This document shows positions 1-8,800 of a DNA stretch of 16,810 nucleotides, piece after piece. Origin of the DNA: Fidelibacterota bacterium (GTDB lineage: Bacteria > Fidelibacterota > Marinisomatia > Marinisomatales > JABMOV01). Numbering within the stretch: position 1 is the stretch's first letter; each line of letters starts with the position of its first letter. A model generated the notes under the pieces. It ran no database searches and was not told the DNA's origin. It worked only from the letters and a program-made list of their open reading frames with translations. Made by a program: the position numbers and the translations under genes. The stretch is taken from assembly GCA_046861395.1 (NCBI GenBank), contig JBHHUC010000047.1, forward strand, positions 1 through 16,810, given 5' to 3'.

Positions 1-2
1 AC

Positions 3-3000
3 GGCTCAGGAACGACCTTTACTGTTACGCCCAGTAAGGAGACCCCCATCGGCACAGCCCTGGAGTTTGACGGCCTTGATGACTATATCGATTTTCCCAA
101 TTTACGCCTGGATCTTACCATGGGATACACCCTGGAAGGCTGGTTCAGAACGGCTGCCGCGGTCGATCAAACCATCCTCAATGCCGTAGATCCGGCCACC
201 GGGGTCAATCAAGCCAAACTTCGGCTGACACAGTCTGGGACAGTTGAATATATACATAATAATACGACGTTGACATCAAGTAACACAGTGAATGATGAAT
301 ATTGGCATCACTGGGCCGTAACCCATGATGGATCACAGGTGGTGCTTTATGTGGATGGTGCTGTTTCAGCCTCGGCTCCCGACACCGCTTTCATCAGTAC
401 TTTGTCTCAATTTTTCATCGGTCGCAGCGGCACCGGCAGTGAATATTTCAACGGTAAACTAGATGAAATGCGGGTCTGGAACAGTGCCAGAAACGAAGCT
501 CAGATTGATGGTACCCTGATGCAGGTTCTGAATGGCGATGAAAATGGACTGGTGGCCTATTGGAAATTCAATGAAGGATTCGGCGATAATGCCGTGGACA
601 ATTCCGGCAGTGGGCTGAATGGCCACCTGGTGAACAGCCAGGAATCAATTTGGGTAGAGGACATTCCGCTGGATGAATATTTCTCTCATTATTTTGATAT
701 TGAAAACCGCCAGGCTACTTTGAACCCAAGCAATACGTCTGTAGACCGCGTCGATTTCACTGACTTGGCCGCTGTCTCTGTCACGGGTTTCGTCCAGTAT
801 GAAGGAACAGCCTGTTTTGCTGAGGGCGTCGAAATCTTAGTGGATGGGGAATCCGCCTTTCCGACCATTCATACTGATCACACCGGACGGTTTTTGGCTG
901 AATTTGAACCGGGTCGGTCGGGGGCTCGTATTACTCCGGTCCTCGAAGGGCATGAATTTGTTCCGCCCTTCATTGATTTACCCACCCTGAACGCGCCCTT
1001 GTCCGGACTGTATTTCACCGACACCAAGAAAAACGATTTTAATGGAAAGGTCGTCGGTGGGTTGTGTGAATTTCCGATCACACCTTCCCAGGGGCAAATT
1101 GAGGTAAATATAGCCAGTGTCAGTGGTTGTATCGATACTACCGTTGTGCCTGATCCCTCCACCGGCGCCTTCCTGGTTGAGGGTCTTCCACCCTTGATCT
1201 ATAATGTTGCGGTGGATCATCCCGATCCAGCCATTGATCAGTTTTTCACTGGAGATACGGTTTCTCTCGTAAATGGAAGCGCCACCATGAATTTCATCTA
1301 CCGTGCCAGTCCAGAAGTGGTGATTTCCGGTTTCAATACCGACACCTGCGGTAATCGAATCATCAATGAATTGGAAGTATATACGTTTGATATCGACGTT
1401 TTTGAATCCTATTCCAATGTCGGTGTAATTAATACTTGTCCGGTGGATACCGGGATGTTGACGATATCCGATTTTATCGGGGATGCGTCGGATTCAACCT
1501 TCATGTTCACCGACGGCCATGCCACCTGGACCCATAAGGCCGGATATCCCAATATCCTAGGGGGTGGGGATTATCCTTATCAGAAAAATATTCAGGTCAT
1601 CGCCGAAGTAAACGAAACCGGTGAACAGGTCACGGCAACGGAGTGGGCCATTGTGCTGGGGAATCGACCGCGAAATTCAGTCTTTACGACGACCACTCCG
1701 GAAATTCCAATCATGATTCTTCGCGATCCGCCCGGTGATGGTAGTTACTCCTATTACTCCACTGAAAATGCCAATTCCTATTCTGTGAGTTTCCAGTCCA
1801 GTACGGAATTTACCGCTGGCGGATCGGCCACCATCCATATGGGATCAGACTGGGTATTGTCTGCCGGTGCCTGGGGGGTACCAGATGTTGAGTTGGAGAT
1901 TGAAATGGACCTAACAGCTTCCGCTTCGGTAACGCAAACCCAATCCGACTATTTCGAGCAGTCCTGGACCTTCACCACGACAGAGGCTTACAATACATCC
2001 GATGATGATGCGGTGGTTGGTGAAGGAGGTGATATTTTCATCGGAGGTGCTATGAATCTGCTGTACGGCGTTACGGATGTTTTACAGATCAATAGTACCT
2101 GTCAACCTGAAATTGTTCAGGATTTAATCGTCTCACCCCAGGGCTTTGCCACCAACTATGTCTATTCCGAGGCTCATATTGTGGGAACGTTAATTCCCTC
2201 TCTGTATGCGGTTGGTGACACCTCCTCAGCACAAATGTGGGAACAGATCATACAGAAGAATAATAATCTAAAGGATGCCGCCAGTTTTAGCCAGAATATC
2301 TCCTTTGATGCGGGCACTGGATCCTATGAATACACGGAAACGACAGAAATCAGTGAAACTATGACCACCGAAATGGAAATAGCCGTTGATGCCGGTGTGG
2401 CGGTTTCTGCTGGTTTAACGGTCAACGGCTTTGGTGTTTCTGGTGAAGTCTACACGAATTTGTCCATTACCCAGGGCCAATCGGAAACATCCACAAATTC
2501 GCAGACGAACACCTTCGGTTATGTCCTCAGCGATAATGATCCTGGTGATTATTTTTCGGTCAATGTTTATACCGATGGTGTGTACGGTTCACCAGTCTTT
2601 GAATTGGTTAGCGGTGCCAGTTCCTGCCCTTGGGAACCTAACACAGCTCCCCGTGAGGATGTAACCATGTCAATGGACCAATATACGGCCGTCAATGTTC
2701 CCCCGGACGAGCCAGCTGTATTCACGCTTTACCTGGGGAACACCAGTCAGACCTCTGAAGACGGCACTTTTGATCTTCAGGTTCTTCAAGATACCAACCC
2801 CGATGGGGCCAGTATTTCCATTAATGGTATTGATTTTGAGGAATCCTTTCCCATTTTCCTTTTGGCGGGACAACAGACAACCGTTACGATGACGGTTAAT
2901 CGTGGCCCTAATGCCTATATCTACAATGATATTGGTTTGCGCCTGGTGTCGGGTTGTGAGTATGAATTGTGGGGAGCGAGAGGGGACGCAACCGCACCCA

Positions 3001-5813
3001 TTCCATTGAGTGATTCCGTCTTTTTCTCAGTCGAGTTCATTGAGCCATGTACGGAAGTGGCCATCGCCGTTCCAGAAGATAACTGGCTGGTGACAGGGAA
3101 CAATCCGGAAGATTCCCTCTGGATCACGGTTACTGGTTACGACCGGTTTGATCCCGAGTTCACCCAGTTAGAACTTCAATACCGACAGGCAACACCCTTA
3201 GCCGGTCCAGGTAACAATGGTGATCCACCTCCTATGCTGGCCAGGTTCGGAGAAGAATCTGCTGGTGAAACGGAAGTGAAACGCCTGGCGAAGAGAGATC
3301 ATCCTTTCGCTGCGCCGGAGAATTTCGTTTTTAGGCCAGAACAACTGTTCGAACCGGCACTAAAAGGTGACCGCTTGGCCACAAATCCGTACACAACTGT
3401 TGAACCACTCAATTCCAACAAAACGGAGGAAAATGACTGGTTTGTAGCAACGACTGTACCCAAGGACTCCTTAACAGAAGATTTTGTATTGATCCCGTGG
3501 AATATCCATCCTGATATTATTCCGGACGGCACGTATGAGTTGCGGGTAGTGGCAGTCTGCAATGCCGGCCTCTATCCCGGTACATCACCGATCGTTACCG
3601 GTGTTATTGACCGAAATCCACCAGCTGTGGTCGGTCAACCCAGCCCGGTGGATGGCATCCTGGGGCAAAACGACCTCATATCCCTCACCATGGATGAAGA
3701 CATCGATTGTGAGGCTATCAACCCCGGTGCAGGGGATGTGAGCCTGGCAAACACGGCCACGGGGAATTCTGTGGATTACACCTACACCTGTGGTGGGAAC
3801 GAAATCTTTATTGAACCAAATGTTCCGAACCAGTACATTGAAAACCAGATACTAAGGGCTACGGTGAGCAACATTGCCGATGTCTATGGTAATATGAAGT
3901 CGGGTCCGGTGGAATGGGAATTCTTCGTGAATCGCAACCCCATTGAATGGACCGGTAGTGACATTACCGATCGAGTTATGTACGACGATGAAATATTTTA
4001 CGAAGAACGTCTGCTGGTGAATAATGGCGGATCACCACAGTCCTTCGATATCATCAATATCCCTGCCTGGTTAAATGTGAGTCCAACCAGCGGGACCATT
4101 CAACCGGGTGGTGGGATGACCATAACCATAACCTTGGCACTGGGGGTTGGTGCTGGTACTTACAATCAGACCATTTATTCTTCAAGTACGATGGGAGATG
4201 AACCCCTGATTATCGATATGCGTATTCTCTGCCATGAACCACAATGGTCCTTATCACCATCAGAATTTCAATATTCCATGAACATGATCGGTATCTTGGC
4301 CATCGATGACGTCCAGTCCAACGATACCTATGACATGGTGGGTGCGTTTGTGGGTGAGGAATTGCGTGGCGTGGCGAATATCCAATATGTACCTGACCTA
4401 GATAATTATGAAGTATTTCTCACCATTTACAGTAACGTATCACAGGGAGAAAACCTTTCTTTCAAAGTCTGGGATGCCTCGGATTGTGTGAATTACGGGT
4501 TTATTCTGGAAGCCTATAGTTTCGAGGCAAATGCGGTGCAGGGGTCACTTTCCGATCCAGTGACGATAACCGCCACCAACCAGCTCATTCAAAGCCGCTC
4601 CTTGCCGGCCGGTTGGACCTGGTTCAGCCTGAACCTGGAATCGGCTGATATGAGCACTAATAGTGTATTGAGTAGTCTGTCACCAGCAGGTGGAAATCTT
4701 GTTAAGAGCCAGACTTCTTTCTCCCAATATGTGGAGTCGGCCGGATGGGTTGGTGGTCTGGATTCGTTGGGGAACCTATCCATGTATCAAATCAATATAA
4801 CCGATCCTGATACCTTGGATCTCCTGGGATTCCCGGTGGATGTTGAACTTACACCGATTCCTATCAACCCCGGCTGGAACTGGGTGAGCTACCAGCCGCA
4901 GACCAGTCTGGAAATCAACCAAGCCCTAGTTTCGTTGGAGGCCATCACGGGGGATTTAATCAAGAGTCAGTTCGGCTTTGCTCAATATCTTGAAAATGTG
5001 GGTTGGCTAGGTAGTCTCACATTCATGACACCGCATTTGGGTTATCTACTGAAATCCACTAACGGTGGTACCCTAACCTATCCGGCAGAATTGCCACCCA
5101 CAGTACCCGAACCTGGCAATGACTCTGATGGTTATCCCATTGAGGATGCACCGGACTGGATCGTGGATGCCCGAGATTACGAATTCACAATGACCATGAC
5201 AGCACAAATTGAAATTGATGAGCAATTGGTCATCGGTGAAGGTTACCTGCTGGCGGCCTTTGCTACACTTCCGGACGGTTCAGAAGAAGTCCGTGGTGTG
5301 GTTCCAGCGGTATACATCGAGTCCGTGGATCAGACCTATTTCTTCCTGATGATCTATGGCAACAGCACTGCGGGTGAAGTCCTTCATTTCAAATTGTATG
5401 ATGCCCAAATGGACGTTATCGTACCTGTGAACGAAACGGTTACCTTCGAACCCAATGCAGCTCTGGGTGACCTCGCAGAACCCTTTGCCCTCACCAACCA
5501 GATATTGGGAATTGGCGACGAAGGGTTTATACCAGAGGAATTCAGCCTTGGTCAAAACTATCCCAACCCGTTTAATCCAATTACGAATATTGGTTTTGGG
5601 CTTCCAAGGGATAATGATGTAACGCTTAAAATCTATAACCTGAAGGGTGAATACGTGCGCACACTGGTGAATGAATACCGAGAAGCCGGATACTACTTCA
5701 TTCGGTGGGACGCCAGGGATGATTATGGCCGGCAATTGCCTTCCGGTATGTACTTAACTGTCATGGAGTCCGGTTCATTCCGAAGTGTCAAGAAAATGAT
5801 TCTTCTGAAATAA
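3..5813 (+). CDS. Giant secreted multidomain protein, 5'-partial: LamG-like jellyroll domain, Ig-like/beta-sandwich modules and a C-terminal T9SS-type (Por secretion tail / FlgD-Ig-like) sorting domain
   Basis: The frame is open from position 3 (GSGTTFTVTPSKETPIGTALEFDGLDDYIDF...), so the ATG at 120 is internal and the real start lies upstream of the window. LamG motifs are present: ALEFDGLDDY, YTLEGWF, WHHWAVTHDG, YFNGKLDEMRVWN, LVAYWKFNEG. The C-terminus reads FSLGQNYPNPFNP...LKIYNLKGEYVRTLV...LPSGMY...KKMILLK (about 5532-5810). The protein is strongly acidic and beta-rich. Confidence 0.9.
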   Translation, partial: GSGTTFTVTPSKETPIGTALEFDGLDDYIDFPNLRLDLTMGYTLEGWFRTAAAVDQTILNAVDPATGVNQAKLRLTQSGTVEYIHNNTTLTSSNTVNDEYWHHWAVTHDGSQVVLYVDGAVSASAPDTAFISTLSQFFIGRSGTGSEYFNGKLDEMRVWNSARNEAQIDGTLMQVLNGDENGLVAYWKFNEGFGDNAVDNSGSGLNGHLVNSQESIWVEDIPLDEYFSHYFDIENRQATLNPSNTSVDRVDFTDLAAVSVTGFVQYEGTACFAEGVEILVDGESAFPTIHTDHTGRFLAEFEPGRSGARITPVLEGHEFVPPFIDLPTLNAPLSGLYFTDTKKNDFNGKVVGGLCEFPITPSQGQIEVNIASVSGCIDTTVVPDPSTGAFLVEGLPPLIYNVAVDHPDPAIDQFFTGDTVSLVNGSATMNFIYRASPEVVISGFNTDTCGNRIINELEVYTFDIDVFESYSNVGVINTCPVDTGMLTISDFIGDASDSTFMFTDGHATWTHKAGYPNILGGGDYPYQKNIQVIAEVNETGEQVTATEWAIVLGNRPRNSVFTTTTPEIPIMILRDPPGDGSYSYYSTENANSYSVSFQSSTEFTAGGSATIHMGSDWVLSAGAWGVPDVELEIEMDLTASASVTQTQSDYFEQSWTFTTTEAYNTSDDDAVVGEGGDIFIGGAMNLLYGVTDVLQINSTCQPEIVQDLIVSPQGFATNYVYSEAHIVGTLIPSLYAVGDTSSAQMWEQIIQKNNNLKDAASFSQNISFDAGTGSYEYTETTEISETMTTEMEIAVDAGVAVSAGLTVNGFGVSGEVYTNLSITQGQSETSTNSQTNTFGYVLSDNDPGDYFSVNVYTDGVYGSPVFELVSGASSCPWEPNTAPREDVTMSMDQYTAVNVPPDEPAVFTLYLGNTSQTSEDGTFDLQVLQDTNPDGASISINGIDFEESFPIFLLAGQQTTVTMTVNRGPNAYIYNDIGLRLVSGCEYELWGARGDATAPIPLSDSVFFSVEFIEPCTEVAIAVPEDNWLVTGNNPEDSLWITVTGYDRFDPEFTQLELQYRQATPLAGPGNNGDPPPMLARFGEESAGETEVKRLAKRDHPFAAPENFVFRPEQLFEPALKGDRLATNPYTTVEPLNSNKTEENDWFVATTVPKDSLTEDFVLIPWNIHPDIIPDGTYELRVVAVCNAGLYPGTSPIVTGVIDRNPPAVVGQPSPVDGILGQNDLISLTMDEDIDCEAINPGAGDVSLANTATGNSVDYTYTCGGNEIFIEPNVPNQYIENQILRATVSNIADVYGNMKSGPVEWEFFVNRNPIEWTGSDITDRVMYDDEIFYEERLLVNNGGSPQSFDIINIPAWLNVSPTSGTIQPGGGMTITITLALGVGAGTYNQTIYSSSTMGDEPLIIDMRILCHEPQWSLSPSEFQYSMNMIGILAIDDVQSNDTYDMVGAFVGEELRGVANIQYVPDLDNYEVFLTIYSNVSQGENLSFKVWDASDCVNYGFILEAYSFEANAVQGSLSDPVTITATNQLIQSRSLPAGWTWFSLNLESADMSTNSVLSSLSPAGGNLVKSQTSFSQYVESAGWVGGLDSLGNLSMYQINITDPDTLDLLGFPVDVELTPIPINPGWNWVSYQPQTSLEINQALVSLEAITGDLIKSQFGFAQYLENVGWLGSLTFMTPHLGYLLKSTNGGTLTYPAELPPTVPEPGNDSDGYPIEDAPDWIVDARDYEFTMTMTAQIEIDEQLVIGEGYLLAAFATLPDGSEEVRGVVPAVYIESVDQTYFFLMIYGNSTAGEVLHFKLYDAQMDVIVPVNETVTFEPNAALGDLAEPFALTNQILGIGDEGFIPEEFSLGQNYPNPFNPITNIGFGLPRDNDVTLKIYNLKGEYVRTLVNEYREAGYYFIRWDARDDYGRQLPSGMYLTVMESGSFRSVKKMILLK

Positions 5814-5820
5814 GCACGAC

Positions 5821-5824
5821 AGGA
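5821..5824 (+). promoter_or_regulatory. Probable Shine-Dalgarno site (AGGA) for the 1766-aa gene
   Basis: AGGA lies 5 nt upstream of the ATG at 5830, inside a 16-nt intergenic gap. Confidence 0.5.
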
Positions 5825-5829
5825 ATACA

Positions 5830-8800
5830 ATGAAAACCGTCACGAAATGGTGCCTGTATCTGGGAACCGCTCAAACCCTGTTGTGGGGTCAGGCACCTTT
5901 ATGGACGGTGAACCCTTCAGAATATCAATTTACGGCCAATGTCACCGCCCTGGTGCAACTGGATTACGTAACTCAGGGTGATTCGGCTTCCTATCTTGGT
6001 GCCTTTGTTAATGATACCTGCCGCGGTGTGGTTCAGCCGGTCAATGTACTGGGGTCTTGGATGTATTTTCTTACACTTTACTCCAATCAGTCCCAGGAGG
6101 ATATGTCCCTGAAATATTATTCCTCCCTGGAAGATACAATTCTACCTATTTCGGAAGCATACACATTCACGGCCAACACATCCCTTGGTACACCTACAGA
6201 ACCGATAAATTATCATATTTTTCTGTATTATGATCATACGCCCTTGGTATCGGGCATACTGGATCAGACTATTGAGGATGGCAGCAGTTTCACCAGTTTT
6301 GATCTGGATGATTATTTAACGGAAGAGGATGGTGACAGTATTACCTGGAGTGTTATGGGTATGCAGTATTTGAATGTGACCCTTGATTCGTCACATGTAG
6401 TGACAGTGACCCCGGTGACGCCGGGGTGGGTGGGTAGTGAAACGATAGTGTTTACAGTCACGGATGTGACCAGCAACGGTTTTCATGATTCAGACACGGC
6501 CCAATTCATCATCCTGCCCCTGGATCATCCGCCGGTGGTGGGCAATATTCCGGGTCAGGTCATAGGGAACGGGGGCAGTTTTGCACCCATAGTATTATCA
6601 GACTACGTTAGCGAGCAGGACGGGGACAGCATTGCCTGGAGTTATGGTTTCGATGCTCCGGTGGAAATTGATACGATACCCTCCTGGAGTGTTAATCCGG
6701 CGGATTTTGTTTCTACCATGACTGTGACGGCCCGGGTCACGTCCCGTGGGGAAGCGGGAAATGATAGTGAATCAATACTGGCAGCCTTTGTGGATGGGGA
6801 ATGCCGGGGAGTGGTGAGTGGTGTCCCGGCTCTGGGGGAATGGTTGTATTTCCTAACCGTCTATGCCAACGTGGACGGAGAAACGATACACTTCCGTTTT
6901 TACAACAGTGGGACATCTCTGAATGAGCCCGTGAACGAAACGCTGGACTTCATTGCCAACGATGCAGAGGGTACGCCGGAAGCGCCCTATAATCTCACCG
7001 CGGGTTTTCTGGATGTGACCATCAGCAGTGCCCAGGTGGCACAGATTACGGTTCTGGACCCAGCCTGGTCGGGGACGGAATCTATCCGCTTTGTAGCCCG
7101 TGACGTTGGGACTCTCAATACCTATACCGATTCCACATCAGCTCTATTTACTATTCTGCCAGATCATACGCCCTTGGTATCGGGCATACTGGATCAGACT
7201 ATTGAGGATGGCAGCAGTTTCACCAGTTTTGATCTGGATGATTATTTAACGGAAGAGGATGGTGACAGTATTACCTGGAGTGTTATGGGTATGCAGTATT
7301 TGAATGTGACCCTTGATTCGTCACATGTAGTGACAGTGACCCCGGTGACGCCGGGGTGGGTGGGTAGTGAAACGATAGTGTTTACAGTCACGGATGTGAC
7401 CAGCAACGGTTTTCATGATTCAGACACGGCCACTTTTACCATTCTCTCGCAGGACCATGCGCCAACCATTTTAGCGATTCCAGCGGACACGATTGGTATT
7501 GGTGGCGAATTTCAAAATATCAACTTGGATAATTATTTAATAGAGGAAGATGGTCAATCAGTGTCCTGGAGTTACGCCTTTGCCCCCAGTTCAAATCCAC
7601 AGCCGGCACCGAATTGGTCTGTAAATGCTGCTGAATTTCAGTACAATATGTCATTAACAACTCGCATCATGCTGCGAGAACAGGAATCTTCAAATTCGGG
7701 TAATCTATTAGGTGCCTTTGTGGATGGCGAATGCCGTGGTATTGCCCAACCCATGCAGGTCTTGGATCAATCCCTTTATTTCCTCACTATCTTCGGAAAC
7801 AATGATGGGGACAACGTTACATTTAGGATTTATGATGCTGACCGCGGTGATAGTTTATTATTAAATGATACCATTCCATTTATAAATAATGATGTTATTG
7901 GCAGTCCGGAATCACCCTTTGAATTGGTTGTGTCCCAAATCGCCATCAGTTTTTTGGATAGTACTACCATTCAACCAGAATGGGTCGGTTCTAACCGGGG
8001 TGGGACGGAAAATATATATATTATTGCCACGGATGTGGGAACGGAGGCAGCCTTATCTGATTCAGCGATGGTTTCATTTACGCTGGTGCCGCAAGTGTTT
8101 CCTACGGTCCTGGATATTCCATCTCAGACAATTGAAGAAGGGGAACATTTTACTGTATTCGATTTGGATGATTTCCTGGATTATCAAGGGGATGTGAATT
8201 GGACCATTTCAGGTCAAAATGACTTAATTGTGTCTATGGACAGCAACCATGTGGTTACCATTACCACACCTGATGAAAACTGGTTTGGTGAAGAAAATAT
8301 CCGCTACACAGCCAGCGATGTCAATAATGATCAACTCAGTGATTGGCAAGAAACCTTATATATCGTACAAGCTGTAAATGATTTACCGGTATTTATGAGC
8401 GATCCAATCCTGACCGTTCTGGAAGATGAGCAATATATGTATCGTATTCTTGTCGAAGATGTAGATAATGATACTCTTGTTATATCAGCCAATTTGTTAC
8501 CGGATTGGTTGAGCTTATCAAACGATACACTCCTGGTTGGGACACCTTCGAATCAGCAGGTTGGGACACACCCGGCAGAATTATCGGTTTGGGATCATGT
8601 TGCCGATCCGGTCATTCAATCGTTTATAATTGAAGTGATCAATACAAACGATCCGCCCCAATTAGTAACGCCCTTCCAAGATCAGTATGTCATGTCAGAC
8701 GATAGTGTTCATACCATATTTGAAAACATCGTGGACAATTTTTATGATGAAGACCTGGGGGATGATCTTACATACTCATCGGATATTCTCGGGAGTGGGT

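Noticed and set aside
120..122. ATG at 120 as the start of the 1897-aa ORF
   Set aside because: The frame is open to the window edge and encodes the beginning of the LamG domain (ALEFDGLDDY). No signal peptide follows this Met, so the gene starts upstream of the window.
3192..3437. Intein within the giant protein
   Set aside because: The insertion is too short and lacks the N-terminal Cys/Ser block and the C-terminal His-Asn plus Cys/Ser/Thr signature.
6232..7431. 270-bp repeat pair as a diversity-generating retroelement TR/VR pair or a CRISPR-like array
   Set aside because: The copies are fully identical with no adenine-specific mismatches, and both are in-frame coding sequence. There is no reverse transcriptase gene, cas gene or repeat-spacer pattern in the window.
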